Origin: Octopus sinensis
Lineage: Eukaryota
Direction: 5' to 3'
DNA: 64,000 bases
Assembly: GCF_006345805.1 (NCBI RefSeq)
Contig: NC_042999.1
Span: forward strand, 13,206,001-13,270,000
In this document: positions 23,030 through 35,587 of the stretch, piece after piece
Layout: the number at the start of each line of letters is the position of its first letter
How positions within the stretch are numbered: position 1 is the first letter of the stretch
Translations under genes and position numbers: made by a program
The notes under the pieces: model-generated
Database searches by the model: none
Told to the model about the DNA's origin: nothing
What the model saw: the letters and a program-made list of their open reading frames with translations, nothing else

Positions 23030-23540
23030 TGAAAACTGAAGGAGATCTTGTGCAACTGAAACCCAAGTGTATTTTTGGTTAGCTGAAAGCAGTTTTGACA
23101 CAACTTGGCAGACACACGTCTCATACCCAAATCTTCAGAGATAATAGACTGAATTGAACCGTAACTAATCTGCACATCCTCTGATAACTCACAGATGGTA
23201 TTTCGACGATTTCCCCTCAGAGTTGCACGCACATCTGCGATAATTTTGTCAGTTCTTCTGGTTGCGGGTCTCGTAGAACGTTCGTCAACATCGGCATTTT
23301 TTCGTCCGAATCCCTTGTACACTTGTGTGCGGCTCATACACTCCTCTCCATACACTTTCTGCAACTTTGCATGGGCCTCTGAGCAGGTATTACCAGGACA
23401 ACTTTCTCTGTCATGGTCAATATGACAATCACACTCTACACACCTTCCTTCCAAGCACTGCTGTAAACAACGGAAGTGAGCTACAACGTTAAAATTTAGT
23501 GCGCATGCACAGCAGAATTCAAGGTCAATCTGTACCAAGC
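23030..23540 (-). mobile_element. Mariner transposase 5' fragment (HTH region), decayed
   Basis: KLQKVYGEECMSRTQVY..DERSTRPAT...ELSEDVQISYGSIQSIISEDLGMRRVSAK. Confidence 0.85.
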
Positions 23541-24058
23541 GGCTTTACTCTGCGTGCTTTAGTTTCGTTACTAACAGCCTGGATATTTATTGATCAGCTC
23601 TCGTATACTACTCAACATCGTCGAAGGAAATGTTACTATCGGAGTGTTTCGGAAGCATTGAGATTTGACATTTGGATGAGATTGTTGTTGGTTTGTTGGA
23701 AGTTGGAAATCCGTTCAGGCTGCGACTCGTTTCCCGCATAAAACCCACCACACTATTCATATTCAGTGAATCATATTTATTTCCATATTGACGTTACTAA
23801 GGTTATTTGCCGAAAACTCTTATGCTCATTGACAGGGACTAGTGTGAGAAAATGTTTGGTGGGAGGAAAAATGTAAATCTCCGAGCTTAGTGAAGTAGTC
23901 TTTTAACACTAAGTCGAAGTAGCCTGACTGCTTGTTGGTCAAGAAAACCTTATCCGTCCTCTGCCAGCGTTCGCTCTCCTCTCTCTGTGGTTTGTATTTC
24001 CTGTACTTGTCAGTTTGTTGCCATTATCTGGCGCGAAACTGTATATAATTTCCCATTA

Positions 24059-24301
24059 TACCTACTCTTCGACTAACGACCGAGTCCCGTTCCGACTCAC
24101 TGGTCGTAAGTCGGATTTATATTTTTCACCAGTATTTTCATTCAACCGCAACTGATAGATTGAAAGCGAATGAGAGGCTTGCGTTGCCAGATGCTGTCAT
24201 AGTTATAAGTGCAGCTGCCCAACGTCCGAAAATCGATTATTTATTTATTTTTAAAAATTTGTGATCATAAGCCGCATAGGTCGTAAGTCGAGGAAATGGT
24301 G
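24059..24301. mobile_element. Tigger-like MITE, diverged
   Basis: CTCTTCGACTAACGACC ... GGTCGTAAGTCGAGGAAATGGTG|TA inverted ends. Confidence 0.45.
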
Positions 24302-24464
24302 TACTCTTTTCACCTATACAAATGTCGGGCAGCGACTGGCTAAAATGTAGCCTAGAATCACCTGATAGAATCACCATCGTTTGTTACTGGGCTGACGCGG
24401 TTTCGTTTCGTATACTGAGTGCCGCTATAAAAGGAAGGGAATGTCCCTCAACATATACATTTTT

Positions 24465-24780
24465 TTTTCATTTATGCGCCCTTTTCAAGCTTAGCCAGGC
24501 TCATGGGCCCGGTTTCCCGGTTTCTGTGGCGTATGCGTTCCCCCCACAGCTGGACGGGACGTCAGTCCATCGCAGCGTTACCCAAGAAACAGGAAAAGAG
24601 AGTGAGAGAAATTTGGGGCGAAAGAGTACAACAGGGGTCGCCACCACCCACTGCAGGAACCTCGTGGAGGTTTAGGTGTTTTCGCTCAATAAGCACGCAC
24701 AACGCCCGGTCTGGGAATCGAAACCGCGATCCTCCGACCGCGAGTCCGCTGCCCTAACCACTGGGCCATTGCGCCTCCAC
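24465..24780 (-). mobile_element. SINE family C, full head, tail type 3 (Meta-domain-like)
   Basis: Head as at 12529; tail GCTGCGATGGACTGACGTCCCGTCCAGCTG...GAAACCGGGAAACCGGGCCCATGAGCCTGGC. Confidence 0.88.
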
Positions 24781-25801
24781 ATATACGTATACATGCTATA
24801 TGTAAAATAATATAATGCACTAATAATCACAAACACGGCTTTTAAAATTGATTGAAGCCAGTGATATTCTCACGTGTTCTGTTGCCATCTGTTACTTTCT
24901 TTGACTCATTGGTTTTTTTTTTTTGTTAATTGAATCAAGGCCACACATCGAGGCAGACAGGCGGCTGCACGCATGCGTGCGAGAGCGTGCGCGCGCACAG
25001 GCAAACACAGAGAGAAGGAAAGAAAGAAAGAAGCGATGAAACAAAACCGTCATAGATGCATGAAGCAGAACAAGAAACAACAAACGATAATGAAATTTAT
25101 AAATGCGATTCGCAAACTGGGGAAGCAAAACTTTGTGTGACATATTTACTTAATACTCTGTATTTTGTAGCATCTGTATGATTCTGTGTGTGTGTGTGTA
25201 TGTGCGTGTGTGTGCGTGTGTGTGTGCATGTGTGTGTGTGGTGTGTGTGTGTGTGTGTTAAAGCAATGATCTCATCGTGTCACGCCCATGTGTACGTTGT
25301 GTGTTGTGTCGTTATGTGTGTGTATGTGTGGGCTATGCTTTGCGTGAGCGTGTTATATGTTGAATGCATGTGTATGTGAATGTCTGTGAGAGAGATAGAG
25401 ATAGAAATAAAGGAGAGAAAGGAGAGACAGAGAGACAGTAGAGGCGGAGAGAAAGGAGAGACGGAGAGAAAGGAGAGACAGAAAGGTAGAGAGAGAGGGA
25501 GGGAGAGAGAGGAGACAGACTGACGTACAGACAAACAGCGTGTGAGAGTGCGTATATTTGTGTGTGTGTGTATGTATGTGTATGCCTATATATGTGTGTC
25601 ACAAGTATGAATATATATCAAAGAGAGAGAGAGAGAGAGAGATAAAGAGAAAGAGAGAGAGAAAGTGAGAGAGATAAAGAGAGAGAGAAAGTGGAAGAAA
25701 TAGAGAAGGAGAATGAGAGCGGGAAGGAGAGAGAGAGAAAGGCAGAGAGAAAAAAGTTGTTGTTAGATGAATATTCTACATTTAACCTATAATTGTTACT
25801 A

Positions 25802-26002
25802 ATGTCAAAACATTTAACTCTGAATGACCCACTCCACCCGTCTGTTAATAGGTACCATGGTAAGGTTGATGAGAAAAGTTTCATTAAGTCTGTAATGTTA
25901 AGATTTTAAGCTCAAATCTTTCTCTGGTTTTCAGGAAACCAGTTGGAGATCAATTCAGAGATATTATGCGCCGTCTGTGATGCTCAAATTTACAGTGGAT
26001 AA
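25802..26002 (+). CDS. Possible two-exon micro-ORF (41 aa) with a 75-nt GT-AG intron; unproven
   Basis: Donor ATG|GTAAGG at 25859/60 and acceptor TTTCTCTGGTTTTCAG| at 25934; spliced product MSKHLTLNDPLHPSVNRYHGNQLEINSEILCAVCDAQIYSG. Confidence 0.15.
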
Positions 26003-26007
26003 AGATA

Positions 26008-26168
26008 GATGCAGGAGTGGCTGTGTGGTAAGAAGATTGCTTCCCAACTACATGGTTCTGTGTTCAGTCCCACTGTGTGGCACCTTGGGCAAGTGCCTTT
26101 TACTATAGCCTCGGGCCGACCAAAGCCTTGTGAGTGGATTTGGTAAACGGAAACTGAAAGAAGCCCGT

Positions 26169-26213
<45 letters not shown>

Positions 26214-26470
26214 GTGTGTGTGTGTGCGTGTATGTGTGTACGTGTGTGCGTGTGTGTATTTGTTCCCCCCACTATCGCTTGATAACCGATGTTGATGTGT
26301 TTACGTCCCCGTAACTCATCAATTGGCAAAAGAGACCGATAGAATAAGTACCAGGTTTTTTTTAAAAACTAAGTTTTGGTGTCGATTCGTTCTATTAAGA
26401 TTCTTCAAAGCAATGCCCCAGCATGGCCGCAATCTAATGACTGAAACAAGCAAAAGCTAAATGATAAACG
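26008..26470 (+). mobile_element. SINE family A
   Basis: Head, internal TA/TG microsatellite and tail. Confidence 0.88.
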
Positions 26471-26749
26471 ATAAAAGATATATTACTTGGTAATCAATTT
26501 GTTGTTTAGCTCCAAGTTAGCCTTGATCAGATTTAGAATACACAACCCTCAAAACGCTCTATATGGGGCCACATTATTCAATGTACCCTTCTTTTTATAG
26601 CATGTGATTCGAAAGAGATCCGACTGATTTTACTTGTAAGTCAAATGATAGCGTAGAATCTTCCTCGTTGTCTTACTGCCACCTATGTTTTGCAGGTATC
26701 TCACTTTTCAAGATCTTACGGAACCGGCTTGTCCTGTAATTTCAAAATA

Positions 26750-27645
26750 CAGGGTTATTCAAAAAGAATGAACCGATTTGATTATGCAATATTTTAATAA
26801 GAAAAAGCAATAGAAAACTCAAGCTGAGTCACAAGTATTTACTCACAATCAACTTTTATTTCCCGTCTTACAAGTGTTCAATGTGGCCACCACCTGCAGC
26901 ACAGGCAACATCAATGCAAATTGAGAATTCCTCCCAGATGCGTATCAGCATATCGTGATCCATTGAGTTGATTGCTGTTGTTATTCGATGTTGAAGGTCA
27001 TCGCGGTTAGTGGGTAGCGGTGGAACATAAACGCGATCTTTTACATATCCTACAAAAAATAATCACACACAGTGAGGTCTGGGGATTTCGCAGACCAAGC
27101 ACAAAGAGCAAGGTCTTGGGCCCCTTTCCGACCAATCCATCGCTGGGACACATTTTAAACCCCTTTGTTACCAACCCGGCTGAAACTGGCTCTGGTTCTG
27201 AGTACAAATGTCTTGCTTTCATAAGTTTTAAATTAAAATCTTCCACCAAACCTTAGTCACAATTAATGTTCCTAACACTAGCTGAATGATAACTAAGTCA
27301 TTTGACTAAATTCTTTGTTACATCAAAAATAATTGAAAGAAACACAGAGCATCTCAAAAGAAATACAGTAACGAAAGGGTTAAAAAAACAGCCGGAACCA
27401 TCAGGTGCCAATGGGGCAGTACTCTATCTTGTTGAAAAATGAAGTCACGCAAATCTGCTGGGAGGAATTCTCTTATCGCATTGATGTTGCCCGTGATGAA
27501 GATGTTGGTCACATTGAACACTTGTGAGACAGGAAATAAGAGTTGATTGTGAGTAAATACTTGTGACTCAGCTGGAGTTTTCTATTGCTTTTCCTTATTA
27601 AAATATTGCGTAATGAAATCGGTTCATTCTTTTTGAATAAGCCTG
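26750..27645 (-). mobile_element. Internally deleted Tc1/mariner element (DD37D/maT-like) with 188-bp inverted arms
   Basis: Minus strand: FIFQQD..PHWH...RWIGRKGP...SPDLT.CDYFL.GYVKDRVY...GGHIEHL*; arms 26750-26937 and 27458-27645 start CAGG.TTATTCAAAAAGAATGAACCG. Confidence 0.88.
27159..27379. mobile_element. piggyBac-type MITE nested in the mariner
   Basis: TTAA..CCCTTTGTTAC ... GTAACGAAAGGG|TTAA; removing it rejoins the transposase. Confidence 0.7.
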
Positions 27646-28555
27646 AAGTATTCGTGAAGCTTTTGCTTTCTTACAAGCTAACGTGGAACATCAGCTGTGT
27701 ATAAGGCCATCGTGAATCGGGTGAGTTTTACTTTACCGCTTGATAGTGGGGTTTGTTCTGTTGTTGGAAAGTCTGATAGAAAACCCATTACTCAAAACCC
27801 CCAATAGCCAAAACGTCGTGAGTAAGAAAACCCTTGGCCTCCGGAGAGCGACACGTTGTTGTCAGACGTTCTGATATAGAGGGCGATTTAATTAATGGTG
27901 ATTTGGCTGCTGTCACTAGCAAGTCAATTGATAGCGTAAAAGCGCCTGTTAGAAAGCTCTGGGTCTTCGGAGAGAGACACTGTTATGAGAAGGCGCGTTA
28001 TTCACAAACCCGTAAGTCAGAATATTATGTAAGATTTAGTGATTATTGTATTTCAACAATATTTTCTTATAAAACAATTATTTCCTTTTAAAATTCTCTG
28101 ATAGACACAATTACTGAAAATTGATGACAAAATGTCTGACAGCCTTCGAAAACTCGTTCAGGGTTGTGTCCCCGATGCCTTTTGAGACAACGAATCCGCG
28201 ATTCCAGTTGCCTCGATTTACGTTTGAGAGGAAGATATATATCTCCTTTGATAGCAGCGTCTTTCTGGAACTCCATGTTGGCAGGTGAATCCTTCTTTAA
28301 GTAAATAAATTACACAGAGTGATAGATAGCAAACACTCACAGATTGGTTAGCATCCCGGCTGAAGAGCGATAAAAGATAATTATCATTACAATTAGTGAT
28401 CCGTGATTGGAGTGATAGCTGGCATTATTCATAATCATTAAGAGTGAATAACACTGAATGCAACGAGAACTATACTCTGGAGGAAACATTAAATTAACTC
28501 ATTTTCCACATCAACGGCGAGTAGCTGCCATTACAGTAGTTAGTATCAATATATA

Positions 28556-28752
28556 CTCTCTTTACTCTTTTACTCTTTTGCTTGTTTCAGTCGTTTGACT
28601 GTGGCCATGCTGGAGCACCACCTTATTCTTTGTAAGCCGAGTACTTATTCTATCGGTCTCTTTTGCCGAACCGCTAAGTTACGGGGGACGTAAACACACC
28701 AGCGTCGGTTGTCAAGCGATGTTGGGAGGACAAACACAGACACACAAACATA

Positions 28753-28818
<66 letters not shown>

Positions 28819-28830
28819 CCATATATACGA
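28556..28830 (-). mobile_element. SINE family A, 3' half with small internal deletion
   Basis: Tail and body on minus strand. Confidence 0.82.
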
Positions 28831-30246
28831 AAGAAGTCTTGCAATACTGTCGAATGAGATGCTGTCTCATGTTCGATCCAGTTTTATCTTACAGCAGGCT
28901 GTAATATATAGCCAAGGGATAGAAATTTCCTGATACATTTTTATGTTTCCGGCTGTTTGGAATTTACCAGAGACACGAATGTAGAAAAGAAAGGTGAAAA
29001 ACCAACTCACGGAGTGAAAAGGCAGTTTCGTTTGAATGGATGGACGGATGGTTGAGTGAGTCAAGCCAGAGGCTGAGTTTGCCAAAATTTTGTGATTCTA
29101 AACCAAATTTTCCAGAACCCTCGATCAAGCTATTTGGCTGGAAAACTCATACACAGCCCTAATTACTGAAATAAGTTGTAGCAGCGATTCGAAGCCGAAC
29201 TGCTAGGTAACCGAGCAGACACCACAATCAAACCACAGTAGTTTCACGTGATCGGTCTGTTAAGCGACTAATCAGCGTCAAACCGTCACATGAAATGATT
29301 TTTCTAGAACTTTCTCATTGTACCCTATATAGAGGTTGGGTTTTTTATGGCAGTAATTGTAAAAAGCTGAACCATCCGCACAACGCCTCCATTCCCATCC
29401 TCACATCCAGCCGATGACAGATAGCAGAAAGGAATTTTCGTCACCAAGAATATAGCACAATTATTTTCCAGTTGTGATGGGCCAGCCAAAGATTCTTATA
29501 TCAGTTTTCGTAGATCTCAAGTACTATGTTTCTCCCATTATGCAATTGCTGCTGTTTGTATCTGTAAAAACATGAAATCTTTTGTTAATTGTTTGCGTGT
29601 GTTGTTAGTTATTTCTTTCCACTGCCCGAGAAATACATTTTCATTCATCATCACCAACAGCAACCATGACAACCACACTCGCGACAAACTAAAGTACTAA
29701 AAGTGCAAAAAGGAAAAAGATAAATGTATAAGACCAGTGTTTTTCAAAGCAGGGATGGGTGAGGTTCCGAGAAGTGGGGCAGAGACTGTGAAGTCTGAAA
29801 AGAGGGTGAACAAAATACTACATGTTAGAAAATTGTTTCTTTTTATAGCCATAACTCTGAGGAATCTGGGGGCCTGGCGAATGAAGAATTTTATAATTAA
29901 AAACACTTCCTATTAAAGAGGCGACGGTTTTAAAAAATCGACTTAAATTATTTGCGAATGGAGAAACGAGGAGATATGGCATTTGACTGTTTAAGAGGCG
30001 CTGAGATAGATATACAAGTTTGGTCTTCCATCAACCCAGTCCCTATTTAATAGCCGGTAAAATTAATTACAAAACCACTTCCTAAAACATAATGTATGCC
30101 ATTCACATATAAACCACTTGAAAAGATGATTATATAACATCTCTCTTCTCAAGATTTAGTGGGGTTTTCAACCCATATATCGTTCGCTGGTAAGTTCACA
30201 GCATTAGGCAGGGTACGTGAGAAAACAAGAATGATTACGTTAATGT

Positions 30247-30462
30247 TCTTTTCTACTCTAGGCACAAGGACCGAAATTTGTGGGGAGGGGCCCTAGTCGA
30301 TCATATCGACCTTAGTACGCAACTGGTACTTAATTTATCGACCCCGAAAGGTTGAAAGGTAAAGTTGACCTCGGCGGAATTTGAACTCAGAACGTAAAAG
30401 ACAGACGAAATACGATAACCATTTCGCCCTTCGTGCTAACGTCTCTGCCAGCTCGCCGCCTT
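30247..30462 (-). mobile_element. SINE family B, tail ii
   Basis: Full head and core. Confidence 0.88.
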
Positions 30463-30500
30463 AATCACTACGTTAATATTGGCATCATTTTCTTTTTTCA

Positions 30501-30703
30501 AAGCAGCGAGCTGGCAGAATCGTAACACATTGAGCGACATTTCGTCCGTCTTTACATTCTGAGGTCAAATTTCCCCCGTAATTGATTCTGTCTTTCATCT
30601 TTCTGGGACGGATAAAATCAGTACCAGTTGCGTATTGGGGTCGATGTAAACCACTTAACCCCTTCACCTGAAATTTCTGGCCTTGTATCAAAATTTTAAA
30701 CCA
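30501..30703 (+). mobile_element. SINE family B, older copy, tail iii
   Basis: AAGCAGCGAGCTGGCAGAATCG...TACCAGTTGCGTATTGGGGTCGATG. Confidence 0.75.
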
Positions 30704-31215
30704 ATATTTATACGACTTTTCGTTTTCAAATATACTATTAACCCGCATCGTTTATATTTAAATGTGAACATCTAAATAATTTAATAATTCTTCACACATG
30801 CTCATTACCTCTCAATAGGGTAACAATTAGCCCATTCACAGACACGCAATTATTGAAGTACTTTTTGAAAATGTTATGACATTTAAGTTAAGTCTCCATT
30901 GTAATTTTAACTAAATACTTAGTTCTGTGATGGTCGTAAGGGCCACGGCGACGAAACGTTATTCATTTAGAGCTCGCACATATAAAAGAGACCAGTAGGG
31001 GAGTTCACGAGTAACTGATCTGATTGCAAATAAAAGAAGCTATAATGAATAGAATAGTTACATAACTATAGGGAAAAAAGCAAATTTAAAGAGTTTTTAT
31101 GGCATTCAGACGATAAAATGTTGCACTTTTATGAGGTCTTCGATCCATTTGCAACATGACCTTGACGCCCTAAATTCTGTATTTTATTTTATTTTATTTT
31201 ATTTTTGTTCTATAG

Positions 31216-31622
31216 ACGCAGGCGTGGTTGTATGATTAAGAAGCTTGTTTCCCAACCATGTCACCATGAGTTCAGTCCTGTTGTGCGGCACCTTCAGTGT
31301 GTGTCTTCTACTATAGCCCCAGGGCGACGAAAACTTTGTGAGTGAATCTGGTAGTAGATGGAAAGTGAAAGAAAATCGTGATATATACTCTGTGTGGGGG
31401 TCGGTGGGGGTGGGGTGTCTTTGTGCTTATCCCCCGCCACCGCTTGACAACCGATGTTGGTTTGTTAACTTCTCCGTAAATCAGCGGTTCGGCAAAAGAG
31501 ACCGATAGAATAAGCACCAGGCTTAAAAATTAAGTACTGAGATCGATTTATTCGATTAAACCCTTCAGCGAGTCGGCTCAGTATGGCCGCAGTTCAATGA
31601 CTAAAATGAGTAAAAAGTAAGA
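31216..31622 (+). mobile_element. SINE family A, diverged
   Basis: GCAGGCGTGGTTG...CGGTTCGGCAAAAGAGACCGATAGAATAAG. Confidence 0.8.
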
Positions 31623-31639
31623 GACACTGTCACGGGCGA

Positions 31640-31812
31640 TGCGTTGTGTTCTTGAGCAAAACCCTTCATTTCACGTTGCTCCAATCCACTCAGATGACAA
31701 AAATGAGTAACGCTGCGATGGACTGGCGTCCCGTCCAGCTGGGGAAGACATATGTCATAGAAACCGGGAAACCGGGCCCATGAGCCTGGCTAGGCTTTAA
31801 AAGGGCGCATTT
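31640..31812 (+). mobile_element. Headless Meta-domain-like SINE sharing tail type 3
   Basis: GTTGTGTTCTTGAGCAAAAC...GCTGCGATGGACTGGCGTCCCGTCCAGCTGGGG...AAAAGGGCGCAT. Confidence 0.75.
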
Positions 31813-31846
31813 ATATATATATATATATATTATATATATATATATA

Positions 31847-31882
<36 letters not shown>

Positions 31883-32046
31883 ATGTGTGTGTATATATAC
31901 ACACATACATAAATATACATGTATGCATATTTATATACATACACCAACGCGCGCGCACACGCATGCATGCAGATACATATACGGAGCAGGAGAGTGCTTC
32001 TCTTTCTCTTTCTGTATATATTCACATTAGAATTTATCTGTCCGTT

Positions 32047-33115
32047 CATCATCATCATCATTGTTCAACCGTGGTCGAGACAATGTAATTTACCATGCTA
32101 CACCAGACTTCACTGTCCATCATGGCATTACGGAGGTCCTGTTGCTGGATGCCTGTATACCTGGAGATTACATCAGAGTAGGAGAGTGTGCGCCCTCTGG
32201 TATTGCGAGTAGATGGCTTCCAGAGGAGAAGAGTAGAAATTACCTCTTTTTCAGCTCTACAACAATGTCCAGCAAACTGGACTCTCTTACCTTTCACAAG
32301 AGATGACACAGGTGGTAGTTTCCCATATATTTGCATTTTGGTTGGATGGCGTTTCCACGAGAGATTTTGAGCTCTTATAAGGAGGCGAGTGTAGGTTCCA
32401 TCCAACCGCCTCTCAAGCTTCTTTGATAACGTCCGGGTTTCTGAGCCATATAGTAGAATTGGTTCGACTGTGGCTTTGAAGATTTCAAGTTTGAAGTCTC
32501 TACTTAGATTTGATGACCAGATCTTATGCATGTCATTACAGGCTGACCAGGCCATACCCTTTCTAGTTAGAAAGTCTTTTCCAGATGATGATATGTATGA
32601 CCCAAGATATTTGTAATCAGAAACCATATTTAAGGGCGCATTGTTGAGAGTATGGATGATGCAATTACTGTTGGACAGGCACTTGTTTATGTATTCAGTC
32701 TTGGCCTCATTGAGGTAAAGACCTACACAATTTGTGGCTTGTTCAAGAGATTGTAAAAGAGACTGGGCATTGGAGAGAGAATCACTGATAAGAGCGATGT
32801 CGTCAGCAAAGTCAGTGTCTGTCAAGTACTCAGCTGGGTGTCTGGAACTTCTTCTTGGTTTTATTTCAAAGACCTTGCCAGAGATAGTATCAACTTACAT
32901 ACGTAGCACATAATCAACAACAATGATGAAAAGAAATGACGCGAGTGTGTCTCCCTGCAGTATTCCGGCTTTGATTGAGAAAGATGATGTTTCTCCGTCA
33001 GGGGTTAAGATGGTTGAAGACGTATCTGTGAGGAGGACCTTGATGGCAGAAATTATTTTGTCTGGTATCCCATAGACCTTAAGGATTTCAAACATCTTGT
33101 ACCTATCCGTTAGAA
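32047..33115 (-). mobile_element. 5'-truncated RTE-clade LINE, nearly open RT frame with one in-frame stop
   Basis: YGIPDKII, AGILQGDTLA.FLFIIVVDY, DFADDIAL, YKYLGS, ILLYGSET, FAGHC; ORFs 32895-33230 and 32058-32825 share a frame; (TGA)n tail. Confidence 0.92.
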
Positions 33116-33174
33116 CGAATTGCCACATATCGAACAATGAGCTCACTGCTAGTATACAACGAAATAGAGCATTA

Positions 33175-33370
33175 TGTATAAAGAGAGAATTTACGAAAAA
33201 AAAAGACGAAGACGGGTGTGTAAACAACAAACAGATGTATTAGTTTAACGCTCGAGAAGTAAGAAAGTGTTTTATGTTTCGAGCCTACGCTCTTCGACAG
33301 AAAGGAACACACAAATAAATAAAGAGAGAAAATAAAAGGTTTGGTGGATAGCGATCTATCATGGCGACTA
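33175..33370 (-). mobile_element. Penelope-like terminal-repeat fragment with hammerhead-like motif (33269-33304)
   Basis: cttt-CTGTCGA-A-GAGC-gtag-GCTC-GAAA-CA-TA-aaac; homologous to 19130-19322. Confidence 0.6.
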
Positions 33371-33517
33371 TGCCTAATTGATCCGTACATTGTTCGTAAA
33401 AGAGATAACATTATAGCTTATTGAATGGATGGAGTAATCTCTAGTGGTTCGCAAGATGAAACGATGTGTTGCTTTCTTAATTATCTTACTATCTTCGCTC
33501 TCAGCTAGCTATATATA

Positions 33518-33571
<54 letters not shown>

Positions 33572-33620
33572 ATATATAATATATATATATATATTATATA
33601 TATATATATATTATATATAT

Positions 33621-33659
<39 letters not shown>

Positions 33660-33839
33660 TAGAGAGCTAAATCATTTGTCTGTTAATCCGGACTTTTCCC
33701 GGGAGACCAGTTTATCAGTCAGGTAGAGGTTTTGATAAAGTGGTCGCTAGGGAAATTCTAGTGTAACAGCCGAGTAATTCAACTGAAATCAATTATTTTA
33801 TTGTCCATACACTACCAGGCTACAATGGTACTATCCGTT

Positions 33840-34054
33840 ATTTCATATAAACACAAATATACACACACACACACACACACACACGTACACATACACGTAC
33901 ACACACACATACACACACACATACATGTACATGTATACATGCATATAGTTAACGATAGATAAATGAAATATGTGCATGTACATATGTTAAGGTATATATA
34001 TACACACACACATACACACATATGTATGTATATATATGTATATGTATGTATGTA

Positions 34055-34087
<33 letters not shown>

Positions 34088-34319
34088 ATATATATATGTA
34101 TATATATAAATGTGTATGTGTATATATATATATGTATATATATTTGTGTATATATATATATGTATATATATGAATGTATATATATATACATATATATGTA
34201 TGTATTATATATATGTATACATGAATCGATTAATTCATACGAGCATGCATGCATACATACATACATATTACATACATACATATTACATACATACATACAT
34301 ACGAACATACATACATGCA

Positions 34320-34353
<34 letters not shown>

Positions 34354-34391
34354 CATACATACATACATACATACATACATACATACATACA

Positions 34392-34420
<29 letters not shown>
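33840..34420 (+). repeat. Compound CA/TA/TATG/(CATA)n microsatellite
   Basis: Direct reading; pure (CATA)n at about 34250-34420. Confidence 0.95.
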
Positions 34421-34423
<3 letters not shown>

Positions 34424-35587
34424 CCAAAATGCCTTTGAATGTCGCATTATAGCCCTTCGGCAACATCTTTTAACCACTAAATATCGAAGTGCATCCCTTG
34501 ACCAAGTTTGCACACATGAGGCTGATAATTTTATAAGACTTGGAACGCAGCTACTTGAGCAACACTCTTTGTCTGATAACCTAGATTACATGCCCCAAGA
34601 AGTCGCACGACTCTACCGCAGAGTATCTTCAGATGAAAGAATGAGCCTGTATGAGCAGAAGACTATGCATGGATATGTTAGTAGAACGCTCTGTGATGAT
34701 ACAAAGCTCCGTGGAGTGTTTGCAATCCAAGAACAGGAAATATCAACCAAGTACCTGATGCACAAAAGATGCAGGAAAAGCTGTAAAGTGTGACAACCGA
34801 TGCAGACTTTGAGGAGTTCACGCTGAAGATATCACCCACATTATAAGCAGTTATCCGAAAATGTCATCACGGTATAATCTCTCGATGGGACATGATGTTG
34901 TAGCTAGGACATTCTATAATGAAATCCGTCGCAAGGATAATTCCCAGGACAAAGAAATAAGAATCTGCAATATGGTAGAAGCCACAGCCATTCATAATAA
35001 AAAGGAATACTGGTGGAATGTTCCAGTGAAGACCTCAATAAAATGTAAGCACAACAGACCTGATAAATTGATTTGGGATAGAGAAGAGAAACTGTGCCCA
35101 GCAGATGTTAGCATAAAGCTGAAGATTATTGAAAAAGAGAACACCTATGCTGAACTATTGAGAAATCTGAAGTTACTCTTTCCAGATTACAAGTTCAGGT
35201 TTATACCCGTAATTACTAGGGCCCTGAGATATGTAACACACTGCCCAAATACCAATCTTGAGAAGTTAAGATTCTCAAAACAAGAAAGGAGAAAGCTAAT
35301 TCGAAGACTATAGATCTGATCCATCACTGGAACTGTAAAAATCTGTAAAACTTTCCAGAAGTTTATCATTTAAATATATATGAGCATGTCTAGGTATGTA
35401 ACTATATGCATGAGAATACATACATAAAACATACAAATCTGCACATACATACATACATACATACATACATACATACAAAAAATATCCTGTTTTTGATGTT
35501 GAAATTGCAATGAGGGAGGCTTGGATCTAGGTTAGAAACCGGTTCTTTCTCTATTGGCAAGCAATCTTGAAATAAATTGAATAATGA
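34421..35587 (+). mobile_element. 5'-truncated RLE LINE of the (CATA)n-associated family (longest copy)
   Basis: KTMHGY, FAIQEQEISTKYL, CRL..EDITHII..PKMSSRY..HDVVAR, WWNVPVKTSIKCKHNRPD; (CATA)n at the 5' junction, inside the 3' UTR and after the terminal AATAAATTGAATAATGA. Confidence 0.9.

Noticed and set aside
24700-24780. tRNA-like sequences (also 12529, 58760 and SINE A/B heads)
   Set aside because: A/B boxes are present, but no complete cloverleaf or acceptor stem is found and each runs into a SINE body; SINE heads, not tRNA genes
27834-28091. 85-aa ORF starting at TTG
   Set aside because: Non-ATG start and no recognisable domain; retained only as part of the repeat-free island
30925-30961. 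CTGTGA-tg-gtcg...cgac-GAAACGTT hammerhead-like string
   Set aside because: Stem II and GAAACGT fit, but the core is missing a base and no stem I pairing is found
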